Positions 1 to 7,992 of a stretch of 24,000 bases of DNA are shown here, piece after piece (position 1 is the stretch's first letter; each line of letters begins with the position of its first letter). The notes under the pieces are model-generated. The model was not told the DNA's origin and ran no database searches. It worked only from the letters and a program-made list of their open reading frames with translations. Source of the DNA: Desulfohalobiaceae bacterium (GTDB taxonomy: Bacteria; Desulfobacterota; Desulfovibrionia; Desulfovibrionales; Desulfothermaceae); the NCBI GenBank assembly GCA_021737085.1, contig JAIPEP010000009.1, forward strand, positions 16,333 through 40,332, written 5' to 3'. The position numbers and the translations under genes were made by a program.

Positions 1-2
1 TG

Positions 3-395
3 GCCGAGGTCCGCAAGCTAGCGGACAGTGTGCTGCAAAAGCTGGACAGCGGAGAGTGGCAACCGCTTCCCCGGCGGCAACTGGACTATCAGCCGGAGTG
101 GCTCAAGGAGAGGGCCGCGGCAATGAACATCGAGAGGCTCAAGGAGTTCCACCCGGGCTATACCCTGGAGGAATCACTTTGCACTCAGTGCGGGATATGC
201 GAGCAGGAGTGCCCGGCAGGCGCGATCAAGCTCGATCCCTATCCCCGTAGGGACGACAGCTGCTTTTTGTGCAACAACTGCGCCCGATTCTGCCCGGAAG
301 GGGCCATGCACATAGACACCTCCTCCATAGAGAAGCGGGTACGGGAAATGGCGCAGCAAAACCCCGAGCCCAAGGAGACGGCGATCTTTTTTTAG
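3..395 (+). CDS. C-terminal part of a 2x[4Fe-4S] ferredoxin-domain protein (5-prime end upstream of window)
   Basis: Frame is open from base 3 with no stop before the listed Met at 30, so the CDS enters from upstream. Two ferredoxin cysteine motifs are present: CTQCGICEQECP and CFLCNNCARFCP. Stop TAG at 393-395. Confidence 0.7.
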   Translation, partial: AEVRKLADSVLQKLDSGEWQPLPRRQLDYQPEWLKERAAAMNIERLKEFHPGYTLEESLCTQCGICEQECPAGAIKLDPYPRRDDSCFLCNNCARFCPEGAMHIDTSSIEKRVREMAQQNPEPKETAIFF

Positions 396-451
396 CGTTC
401 CACGTTCCCCGTTCCGCGTTCAGAGTTCAGAGCTACGGGTTCCCGGTTCAG
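396..451. repeat. Tandem heptanucleotide array (about 8 units, GTTC core at exact 7-nt period)
   Basis: Units read CGTTCCA CGTTCCC CGTTCCG CGTTCAG AGTTCAG AGCTACG GGTTCCC GGTTCAG. GTTC starts at 397, 404, 411, 418, 425, 439 and 446. The array lies in the convergent gap between the stops at 395 (+) and 514 (-). A second heptamer doublet, CGGTCAC CGGTCAC, sits at 490-503. Confidence 0.75.
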
Positions 452-513
452 GACTTTCAGCTCACTGGTCGCTATGGATCAGGAACAGCCGGTCACCGGT
501 CACGAATGGCGGG

Positions 514-861
514 TTACGAAACAAGCCCCTTTTCCCGAAGATACTGCACCACCCGTGTGGCCTCCGCCGCAGCCATGGTTCCGCCCATGCTAATGGCCAC
601 GCCGCAGGCCTCCAGGATCTCCTCTGCCCCGGCGCCGTTATCCAGGGCGTGGTCCGTCTGATACAGAATGCATCCGCGACATCCGGAGCTCACGGCGACG
701 CACAGGGCCATGAGGCGTTTGTGCTTGCCGCTCAGGGACCCGTCCTTGTATACCTCCTGCGGCATCGCCTCGTAGGCCCGCCCTATTTCAGGCATTTGTT
801 CCCGCAATTTCTCGAAATCGTCCTTGATCTGCTGTACCAGCTCCGTCTGTGATTCGCTCAT
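514..861 (-). CDS. Carboxymuconolactone decarboxylase / AhpD-like family protein
   Basis: 115-aa ORF with the CxxC motif typical of the family (SSGCRGCILYQTDHAL). AGGAGG Shine-Dalgarno (complement of 866-871) lies 4 nt upstream of the ATG at 861. Only 35 nt downstream of the CDF gene stop, so probably co-transcribed. Confidence 0.75.
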   Translation of the reverse strand: MSESQTELVQQIKDDFEKLREQMPEIGRAYEAMPQEVYKDGSLSGKHKRLMALCVAVSSGCRGCILYQTDHALDNGAGAEEILEACGVAISMGGTMAAAEATRVVQYLREKGLVS

Positions 862-896
862 GAGCTCCTCCTTGTCGCGGAGGCGGGAGGGGACAA

Positions 897-1919
897 TTAA
901 GTATCTTCAAACCCCGTCCTGAAGCGTTCCCGCACCTGTTCTCGTTCCCCTTCCTCCAGCAGACAGCCCTCCAGGCACCTCAGAGTGCAGTTCCCGTTAC
1001 ATGGCTCTACATGCACGGTTACATTGCCCTCGACATAGTAGTCTTTGATTGCCTGACTCACCTCCTCTGCCAAGCTGTGTGACTGTTCCACGGACATCTG
1101 CGCGTCCACCTGCAGGTGCAGCTCTATAAAGCGTTCCGATCCGGCCTTGCGGGTGCGCAATCCGTGATAGCCCCGCACATCGGGATAGAAGCTCCGTATA
1201 CGCTTCTCGATGGCTTGCTCCTCCTCCGGGGGCAGCCTCGCGTCCAGCAGGTCGCGTCCGGATTCGCGGGTAAGGTGATACGCCGCGCTGAGGATGAGCC
1301 CTGCTACGACCATAGCGGCCGCCGGATCGAGCCAGTGCAGGGAAGTGTCCGGAAAAATGGCTTCGCCCAGCCATATGGCGGTTAGCCCCGCAGTAACTCC
1401 CAGAGAGGTGTACACATCCGTGCGCAGATGCCAAGCGTCCGCCTGCAGGGCCATGGAATCCGTCTCTTGTCCCACTCGGAAAAGATATCTGGATACTAGC
1501 AGGTTCATCAGGGCGGAGAAGAGCATGACAGCCGCGCCCCAAACCGGAAGATGCAGGGCATGCGGAGCCAGGAATTTCTGGACCGCCTCGTAGATGATCC
1601 ATCCTGCGGCGGCGAAAATGAGCAGGGCCTCGATGGTTCCGGAGAGGTTTTCCAGCTTGCCGTGGCCGAAGGGATGGCCGTCGTCCGCCGGTTTGGCGGA
1701 TTTCTTGACCCCGAAGAGCGCGATGAAGGAGGCGAACAGGTCCACCCCGGAGTGGATCGCTTCGGAGATGACCGAGATAGAGCCGATGAACAGCCCCACG
1801 GCGAGCTTGAACAGAATGAGGAAGGAATTGGAGAATATGGATAAGAGGGCCGCCCTGTGCTTTCGGCGATTCTTCTCTCCGTGGGAGGACAGGGCAGCTT
1901 GGTCTTCCGCCGTTTCCAT
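897..1919 (-). CDS. Cation diffusion facilitator (CDF) family metal efflux transporter with Cys-rich C-terminal tail
   Basis: Six hydrophobic segments. CDF signatures HSGVDLFAS and HPFGHGKLEN, and a cytoplasmic C-terminal domain (RTRKAGSERFIELHLQV). The ORF is open up to a TTG at 1949. ATG at 1919 (METAEDQ...) is preceded by AAGGGAA and is the preferred start. The tail reads C-x3-C-x3-C-x3-C (CNGNCTLRCLEGC). Confidence 0.8.
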   Translation of the reverse strand: METAEDQAALSSHGEKNRRKHRAALLSIFSNSFLILFKLAVGLFIGSISVISEAIHSGVDLFASFIALFGVKKSAKPADDGHPFGHGKLENLSGTIEALLIFAAAGWIIYEAVQKFLAPHALHLPVWGAAVMLFSALMNLLVSRYLFRVGQETDSMALQADAWHLRTDVYTSLGVTAGLTAIWLGEAIFPDTSLHWLDPAAAMVVAGLILSAAYHLTRESGRDLLDARLPPEEEQAIEKRIRSFYPDVRGYHGLRTRKAGSERFIELHLQVDAQMSVEQSHSLAEEVSQAIKDYYVEGNVTVHVEPCNGNCTLRCLEGCLLEEGEREQVRERFRTGFEDT

Positions 1920-2115
1920 TGTCTGCGTTCCCTTTGCTCGCTGCGTCAAGCACTCGGAGGCTCAGGGTCCATCCCTGCTCTCAACAGCCTCACCCCTGAT
2001 GAAGATCTCTTTTCCTATCATGTAAGGCGCGAGAGGCACAAGCGTGCCTTGAGGCCCCCAAGCTGGATTTGTCCCCTCCTGCGAGTGCTATCTCCCGGGG
2101 TTGCACTGCAGTGAC

Positions 2116-2143
2116 TTTTTGTTTATCTTGAGGTAAACAAAAA
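2116..2143. promoter_or_regulatory. Perfect 10-8-10 inverted repeat, candidate operator of the S24 repressor, overlapping a putative -10
   Basis: TTTTTGTTTA (2116-2125), TCTTGAGG, TAAACAAAAA (2134-2143). The arms are exact reverse complements. Located 18 nt upstream of the repressor ATG (2161) in the divergent gap shared with the CDF gene. Possible -35 TTGCAC (2101-2106) and -10 TATCTT (2124-2129) with a 17-nt spacer. Confidence 0.5.
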
Positions 2144-2160
2144 ACCGGGAGGGAGCCTCG

Positions 2161-2787
2161 ATGTCCCCAACAGAGTTCGATCGGTTTATGCAGCGGATTG
2201 AGCAGGCCGCTGGAGTGAGCTCCCAAACGGAGCTGGCGAACCTGCTCAATCTCAATCGTTCGGCGATCAGCCGCGCCAAGAAGCGGGGAACTGTTCCCCG
2301 GGCCTGGGTGTCCAAGCTATGCGGGATGTTCGACCTCGATCCAGTCTGGCTGAAACACGGGGTGGGGGAGGAGGAGCATTTCTGTCCGGTTCCCCTGGTG
2401 CGGGCCAAGCTTGACGCTGGCGGCGGATCCTATGTGGTGGACTCCCGGATGGAGGAGGAAATCGCCTTTCGCCAGCCCTGGCTCCGCCAGAGAGGGAATC
2501 CTGGAGAGATGGTGCTCATGGAGGTCTCCGGGGATAGCATGGAGCCCCTTATCAAAGAGGGGGATATGGTGCTTGTGGATCAGTCCCAGAAGGATCTCTA
2601 CGCTGGCGGCATCTATGCAGTCGGCGTGCAGGAGACCATCATGGTCAAGCGGGTGGAGCGGCATCCCCGACGGCTTATCCTGGTCAGCGCCAATCCCGAC
2701 TATTCCCCTATTCATTTACAGGGCGACGAGATGGAGACCTTGCGGATTATCGGCAGGGTGGTGGGCATGTGGCGTGATTTTCACTGA
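2161..2787 (+). CDS. CI/LexA-type autocleavable repressor (phage-CI-like HTH + S24 peptidase domain)
   Basis: The N-terminus matches the bacteriophage CI repressor HTH pattern (SQTELANLLNLNRSAISRAKKRGTVPRAWVSKLCGMFDLDPVWLKHG). A candidate Ala-Gly cleavage site lies in KLDAGGG. S24 catalytic Ser is in GDSMEP and Lys in IMVKRVE. RBS GGGAGGGAG at 2148-2156. Confidence 0.85.
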   Translation: MSPTEFDRFMQRIEQAAGVSSQTELANLLNLNRSAISRAKKRGTVPRAWVSKLCGMFDLDPVWLKHGVGEEEHFCPVPLVRAKLDAGGGSYVVDSRMEEEIAFRQPWLRQRGNPGEMVLMEVSGDSMEPLIKEGDMVLVDQSQKDLYAGGIYAVGVQETIMVKRVERHPRRLILVSANPDYSPIHLQGDEMETLRIIGRVVGMWRDFH

Positions 2788-2831
2788 ATGCTCCCCGCGA
2801 AGGATATAAAAGCAACGCGGGAAACGATGAT

Positions 2832-3239
2832 ATGAAGGGAACCGATCCGGACCTGCGCGAAAGGCAAGGGGGGCGCACGGGGTTCTCCTCTGCCGGGGAG
2901 GACTTCCGCGGCAGGCGGCTCGACCTGAACGATCTCCTCGTGCGCCGTCCGGCCTCCACTTTTTTTCTGCGGGCAGAGGAGGAGACGGAGCTGGGCGGGG
3001 GAATTTGGGCCGGGGACATCCTGGTGACGGACCGGGCCCTGGACCCGGACCTAGTCGGGGGCAGCCTCGTGGTGGCCGTAGTGCAAGGAGAGATGCTGCT
3101 TCGCCTTGTCTACCGGCGCAGAGGACGTCTCTGGCTCGTTTCCGGGGGAGCAGGGAGCGCCGTAGAGGTGACGGAGGAATCCGATTTCCAGGTCTGGGGA
3201 GTGGTCATCTATGTGCTCCATCCCGTGGACACCCGCTAG
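2832..3239 (+). CDS. umuD: UmuD-like S24-fold accessory protein with non-canonical catalytic positions
   Basis: Aligns by eye along its length with E. coli UmuD ([25 protein letters not shown]....[12 protein letters not shown]....[11 protein letters not shown]). The position of catalytic Ser60 is Thr52 (ACG, 2985-2987) and that of Lys97 is Arg91 (CGC, 3102-3104). Immediately precedes umuC. Confidence 0.75.
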   Translation: MKGTDPDLRERQGGRTGFSSAGEDFRGRRLDLNDLLVRRPASTFFLRAEEETELGGGIWAGDILVTDRALDPDLVGGSLVVAVVQGEMLLRLVYRRRGRLWLVSGGAGSAVEVTEESDFQVWGVVIYVLHPVDTR

Positions 3240-4509
3240 GGGCTTGTTCGCCCTGGTGGACTGCAACAATTTCTACGTTTCCTGCGAGCGGGTCTTCCAG
3301 CCGGGTCTGGAGAAGGTGCCGGTGGTGGTGCTCTCCAACAACGACGGCTGCGTTGTGGCCCGCTCCGAGGGGGCCAAGCGTCTGGGAATACCCATGGGTG
3401 CTCCCGCCTTCAAGTGGAGGGGGGTGTTCCGCAGGCACGGGGTACGGGAGTTCTCCTCCAACTACGCCTTGTACTCCGACATGTCGGACCGGGTGATGGC
3501 TCTTCTCGCCTCCTTTGCCCCGGAGATAGAGATCTATTCCCACGACGAGGCCTTTCTCTTCTTTCCCAAAAAGTGGCGAGCAGATCTGGAGGATTACGCC
3601 AGGCATATCCGCAGGGAGATGCGAAAACGCACCGGAATTCCCGTCTCCATCGGTCTGGAGCGAACCAAGACCCTGGCCAAGCTGGCCAACAGGCTGGCCA
3701 AAAAGGAGTCCCGGTTCCAGGGAGTCCTAGATCTGCAGGCCCGCTCCGACCGGGATCGGCTGCTGCACAGGGTAGAGGTGGGGGACATATGGGGCATCGG
3801 CCCGCGCTACGCGGAAATGCTCCGTGGTTACGGCATCCGAACCGCCCAGGAGCTGACCCGGGTGGAGGACAGATGGGTCAGGAAGCGCATGACCATCCAG
3901 GGCCTGCACCTCGTGCTCGAGCTGCGCGGCGTCTCCTGTATCGGCCTGGAGGAGGTGCCCGCCCCGGCCAAGAGCATGGTCCGCTCCCGCTCCTTCGGCC
4001 GTCCGGTGAGCTGCCTGGACGAGCTCCGCGAGGCATTGACCTCCCATGTGCAGCGGGCCGGGGAGAAGCTGCGCCAGTCCGGCCAGGTAGCCGGATGCCT
4101 GCAGGTCTTTCTGGAGACAGATCGCCACAAGCCGGTGCCCCAGCACATGCCCTGCCAATCCTGGACTCTCACCTTTGCGACCAACACTACCCCGGATCTG
4201 CTGGGACCGGCCCTGGATCTTCTGGGGCGGATCTACAAAAAAGGCTACGCCTACAAGAAGACCGGGGTCCTTTTGACCGCCCTGGAGCCGGAGAGGGGCA
4301 GGAGACTGAGCCTCATGGATCCGGATCCAGGATTGAGGGAATCGAAGAAGGGGCTCATGGGGGCCGTGGACCGTATCAATTCCCGCTACGGGCGGGACAC
4401 GATCCGTTTCGCCTCCGCCGGCACGGAGAGGGGATGGGAGATGCGACGGGAAAAGATGTCCCGGGAATTTACTACCAGATGGAAGGATCTGCCTCTGGTG
4501 GGCGCATGA
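3211..4509 (+). CDS. umuC: Y-family translesion DNA polymerase V catalytic subunit (UmuC)
   Basis: [40 protein letters not shown] closely parallels the UmuC N-terminus (MFALCDVNAFYASCETVF...[14 protein letters not shown]). The ATG at 3211 overlaps the umuD-like gene by 29 nt. A TTG at 3244 would give MFALVD..., matching the canonical N-terminus and leaving a 4-nt gap after the umuD-like stop, so the true start may be 3244. Confidence 0.9.
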   Translation: MCSIPWTPARGLFALVDCNNFYVSCERVFQPGLEKVPVVVLSNNDGCVVARSEGAKRLGIPMGAPAFKWRGVFRRHGVREFSSNYALYSDMSDRVMALLASFAPEIEIYSHDEAFLFFPKKWRADLEDYARHIRREMRKRTGIPVSIGLERTKTLAKLANRLAKKESRFQGVLDLQARSDRDRLLHRVEVGDIWGIGPRYAEMLRGYGIRTAQELTRVEDRWVRKRMTIQGLHLVLELRGVSCIGLEEVPAPAKSMVRSRSFGRPVSCLDELREALTSHVQRAGEKLRQSGQVAGCLQVFLETDRHKPVPQHMPCQSWTLTFATNTTPDLLGPALDLLGRIYKKGYAYKKTGVLLTALEPERGRRLSLMDPDPGLRESKKGLMGAVDRINSRYGRDTIRFASAGTERGWEMRREKMSREFTTRWKDLPLVGA

Positions 4510-4917
4510 GGGAAACGGGCCCGGCTCATCGTAGTGATTTGCCAAGCCGCAAGCCCGGGGATCAGAGCCCCGACTGCTGCAATGTAAAAGGAATCAATAA
4601 GCGTGTCAGCTTATTTCCTGGAAGGAGGACATGTTAGAGAATAATCCCTTGATCTTCTGGCCTGTCCTTTTTAAAAAGAAGGGGCTGTAGTTTCGCACAG
4701 GCCTGGAAGGCGCTCCGAGGCCAGCGCCGCAAGACGGCACCCGGGCCGAAGCCCCGCAGGATGTTTCGGCTGGGGCCAAACAAAGCGGGGGCAAGGCTTT
4801 AAAGGGAGTTACAACTCGTTCTCGCAGAGGGTGTTTGTGTCGCAGAGTGGTTCCGCTATAACCGGCTGGGACAGGCTGGGTCGGAGAGGGCCCTTTTGGG
4901 GCAGAGTAGTGGCCCGG

Positions 4918-6669
4918 ATGGCTGCTGCGCTTCTTGTGGCCGCCCTGCTGGGGTGCTCTTCCGGGGACGTGTCCCGCCTGGAGAGAGAGAAGTATCCTAT
5001 CCCTCGCGACGCGGAGGTGAGCCAGGCGGAGCCGGGTCGATACGGCGGGGTCTTCGTGCGAGCTGCCTCTCAGCAGCCCAAGACCTTCAATCCCCTGGTG
5101 GCGCAGGACGCCTATTCCAGTCAGGCCATCGGGCAATTTTTGAACGGTCTGACCACCTATCATCCCATCAAGCAGAAGGTGGTCCCGGAGCTGGCCCGCT
5201 CCTGGAACATCTCCGAGGACAAGAAGACCATCACCATGCGCCTGCGGCGCGGGGTGCGCTGGAGCGACGGGGAACCCTTCACCGCTGAGGACGTGGTCTT
5301 CACCTTCCAGGCCCTCTTCGACGAGCGCTATCCCAACCGCTACCAGGGGCAGTACACCATCGCGGGCGAGCCCATCGGGGTGGAGCAGGTGGACGAGCAC
5401 ACGGTGCGCTTTACTACGTCCAAGCCCTATTCCCCCTTCCTCTACGTCATCGGCTTCATCGGTATCCTGCCCAAGCACATTCTGTATGATGCCTACCAAA
5501 GCGGCGACCTCCTGCAGGCCTGGAGCGTGCGCACCGCCCTGCGCCGTCCAGAGCGCCTGGTGGGTACCGGCCCCTTCCGGGTGCGCTCCTTTCAGCCGGG
5601 GCAGCGGATAGTGTTCGAGCCCAATCCCCACTACTGGCGCGTGGATCGCGAGGACAAGCGCCTACCCTACATCGACTACCTGATCACCCGCTACGTGCAG
5701 GACGCAAATACCCAGACCGTGCTCTTCGCCTCGGGGCAGACGGATATAGCCTCCATTTCTCCCGGGGACGTGGTCGGAGTGCGGGAAAACGCCGATTTGC
5801 ACGGCTATACCGTGCACAAGCGCGGCCCGGCCAGCGGGATCCACTTCATCTGGTTCAACCAGAAGCCGGGGACCAACGACAAGGGCGAGTCCTACGTGGC
5901 CCCGCACAAGCTGGACTGGTTCACCAACAAGAGATTCCGGCAGGCCCTGATGTACGGATTCAACCGGCAGGGCTTGGCGGAGAGCCTCTACTTCGGCCGG
6001 GCCTCCCCGCTTCATTCCATTATAAGCCCGGCGAACGAGCGCTGGTACAACCCGGAGGTGCCCAAATACCACTACGACCCGGAGCGGGCCATGGAAATTC
6101 TTCGTTCGGAGGGCTTCCAGCGGGACGAACAGGGCAGGCTGCGGGACAGCGAAGGGAACAGGGTGACTTTCCGGGTTTACGCTTCCGAGGGGGACGAGAC
6201 CGTTCCCCGCATCCTGTCCGCCTTCCGGGAGAACATGACCCGTCTGGGCATCCGGGTCCGGATCCGCTATCTGGATTTCGGGACCCTGGTGGCCCGGGTG
6301 AGCAGGCACCACAAGTACGAGGCCGCAATGATGGGGTTCACCGGCGGCCCGGATCCTTCCGGCGGGCGCTCCATATACCTGAGCTCCGGCAGGCTGCACG
6401 TCTGGAACCCGGAGCAAAAGGAGCCGCATGCCGAATGGGAGGCCAGGGTGGACCAGCTGGTGCGGGCCTCGGAGCGGACCTTCGACCCGGAGGAGCGCGT
6501 GGAATACGTGCACCGCATGCAGGCCATATTCTCCGAGCAGGTGCCCCTTCTCTATCTGCTCACCCCGCACGAGTACACCGGGCTCAAGGACAAGTGGCGT
6601 AATGTGCGCATCCCCTCCATGGGGTCGGCCATTTGGAACATCGACGAGTTGTACCTGAGGGCTGAATAG
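4918..6669 (+). CDS. ABC transporter substrate-binding lipoprotein, family 5 (peptide/nickel/opine type)
   Basis: Family-5 SBP length and motifs (RLRRGVRWSDGEPFTAEDVVFTFQ). The N-terminus MAAALLVAALLGCSSG carries a lipobox (LLGC). The ORF is open from 4831. ATG 4918 or the in-frame GTG 4909 (giving MARMAAALLV...) are the plausible starts. Confidence 0.85.
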   Translation: MAAALLVAALLGCSSGDVSRLEREKYPIPRDAEVSQAEPGRYGGVFVRAASQQPKTFNPLVAQDAYSSQAIGQFLNGLTTYHPIKQKVVPELARSWNISEDKKTITMRLRRGVRWSDGEPFTAEDVVFTFQALFDERYPNRYQGQYTIAGEPIGVEQVDEHTVRFTTSKPYSPFLYVIGFIGILPKHILYDAYQSGDLLQAWSVRTALRRPERLVGTGPFRVRSFQPGQRIVFEPNPHYWRVDREDKRLPYIDYLITRYVQDANTQTVLFASGQTDIASISPGDVVGVRENADLHGYTVHKRGPASGIHFIWFNQKPGTNDKGESYVAPHKLDWFTNKRFRQALMYGFNRQGLAESLYFGRASPLHSIISPANERWYNPEVPKYHYDPERAMEILRSEGFQRDEQGRLRDSEGNRVTFRVYASEGDETVPRILSAFRENMTRLGIRVRIRYLDFGTLVARVSRHHKYEAAMMGFTGGPDPSGGRSIYLSSGRLHVWNPEQKEPHAEWEARVDQLVRASERTFDPEERVEYVHRMQAIFSEQVPLLYLLTPHEYTGLKDKWRNVRIPSMGSAIWNIDELYLRAE

Positions 6670-6728
6670 TTGGATTTTGACCCTGGATGCGAGGGATGTG
6701 ATCAGTAAGACGTCAAGAAGAGCTTTGT

Positions 6729-6928
6729 CTCACCGCAGAGAGCGCAGAGCTCGCTGAGGGCTCGCAGAGAGCCAGATTTTTTGCTTTGCGCTGAGAGGCC
6801 GCAAAGCAAAAAGGGCTCACGCCCTTGAAAGAGCCTGCCCGCAGGGCGGAGCTGTTTCCTGTTTGCCCCGTCTCGGGGGCAAACAGGAATGCTTCCTCCT
6901 CTGCGCCCTCCGGGTCCTCTGCGGTGAG
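6729..6928. repeat. Structured intercistronic repeat, copy A (MITE/REP-like, 12-bp perfect terminal inverted repeats)
   Basis: Termini CTCACCGCAGAG (6729-6740) and CTCTGCGGTGAG (6917-6928). Internal 13-bp-stem hairpin 6778-6790/6800-6812. Small hairpin AGGGC-TCAC-GCCCT at 6812-6825. 14-bp-stem hairpin 6856-6869/6876-6889. Shares a 43-nt identical core (6777-6819) with copy B. Confidence 0.8.
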
Positions 6929-7016
6929 TTATTCTTTCTTTCGCAGAGGTGCTGAGCCCGATAAGAAGCTTTGCGCGTCTCAAACCTGCCAAGGAAAGTG
7001 AACGCGAGGAACATCC

Positions 7017-7988
7017 ATGCTCGCCTTTCTGCTGCGACGCATCCTTTCGGCGATTCCGCTTCTCTTGGGGATCTCCGTCCTGGTTTTCCTGCTCCTGGCT
7101 GTGGCTCCTGGGGATTTCCTGGACGTGGCCCGGAGCCAGCCGGACATCCCCGCGGAGTACATCCAGCAGATGGAGGACAAATTCGCCCTGGGCGAGCCCT
7201 GGTACACCCGATATGTCACTTGGCTGGGCAACGCCCTGCAGGGCGATCTGGGCCGCTCCTGGATCTACAAGATCCCGGTGACGGACCTGCTCTGGCAGCG
7301 GATCCCGGCGACCCTCCTCCTTTCCGCCCTGTCCATCCTCTTCGCCTTGAGTGTGGCCATCCCCCTGGGAGTGCTCGCGGCGGTGTACAAGGACTCCCTT
7401 TTCGATCGCATCTCTGCGCTTCTGGCCTACGCCGCCCTGTCTGTTCCGGAGTTCTTCCTGGCCCTGCTCGCGGTGATGTTCGCAGCGCGCACCGGCTGGT
7501 TTCCCACCGGCGGGCTCACTTCGGTGGAGCACGAGTTTCTGCCCTTCTGGGCCCGGATCGGGGACTACGCCCACCATCTGGTACTGCCCACAATCGTGCT
7601 GGGCATGGGCAGCGTGGCCAACTACATGCGCATCATGCGGGCCAACTTCCTGGACTACGTGCGGGAGGACTTCGTGACCACGGCCCGGGCCAAGGGAGTG
7701 CCCGAGGGCAGGGTGATGTTCGTCCATGTCCTGCGAGTTGCAATCAACCCCCTGGTCAGCGCATCGGGCTTCATCCTGGCCACCCTGCTGTCTGGCTCCA
7801 TCCTGGTGGAGAACGTGATGAACTATCCCGGCCTGGGCCAGCTCATCTTCCAGGCACTGATGCGGCAGGATCAGTTCGTGGTTGTGGCCGCGGTGCTCAT
7901 GGGTTGTATCATGCTCATGGCGGGCAACCTGGTCGCGGACCTGCTGTTGGCCTGGTTTGATCCCAGAATCCGGCTGGAGAAAAACTGA
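7017..7988 (+). CDS. ABC transporter permease (DppB/OppB-like)
   Basis: 323 aa with multiple TM segments. The binding-protein-dependent transport motif region reads TTARAKGVPEGRVMFVHVLRVAINPLV. Confidence 0.88.
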   Translation: MLAFLLRRILSAIPLLLGISVLVFLLLAVAPGDFLDVARSQPDIPAEYIQQMEDKFALGEPWYTRYVTWLGNALQGDLGRSWIYKIPVTDLLWQRIPATLLLSALSILFALSVAIPLGVLAAVYKDSLFDRISALLAYAALSVPEFFLALLAVMFAARTGWFPTGGLTSVEHEFLPFWARIGDYAHHLVLPTIVLGMGSVANYMRIMRANFLDYVREDFVTTARAKGVPEGRVMFVHVLRVAINPLVSASGFILATLLSGSILVENVMNYPGLGQLIFQALMRQDQFVVVAAVLMGCIMLMAGNLVADLLLAWFDPRIRLEKN

Positions 7989-7992
7989 TCCT

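Noticed and set aside
4631-4690. 19-codon ORF (MLENNPLIFWPVLFKKKGL) right after an AAGGAGG sequence in the umuC-SBP gap, followed by the palindrome CTTTTTAAAAAG (4667-4678).
   Set aside because: The Shine-Dalgarno-like sequence ends only 2 nt from the ATG, which is too close. There is no other support, and the palindrome alone is too short to interpret.
4606-5631. 341-aa minus-strand ORF antisense to the binding-protein gene. Similar long shadow ORFs occur at 6702-8078(-), 8578-9609(-), 18037-19737(-), 19754-20746(-), 21384-22580(-), 22875-23702(-), 3414-4637(+), 6971-7960(+) and 15194-16072(+).
   Set aside because: Their composition is typical of GC-rich out-of-frame or antisense ORFs (Arg/Gly/Pro/His-rich, no motifs, no RBS). 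Each overlaps a gene with clear family signatures on the other frame or strand.
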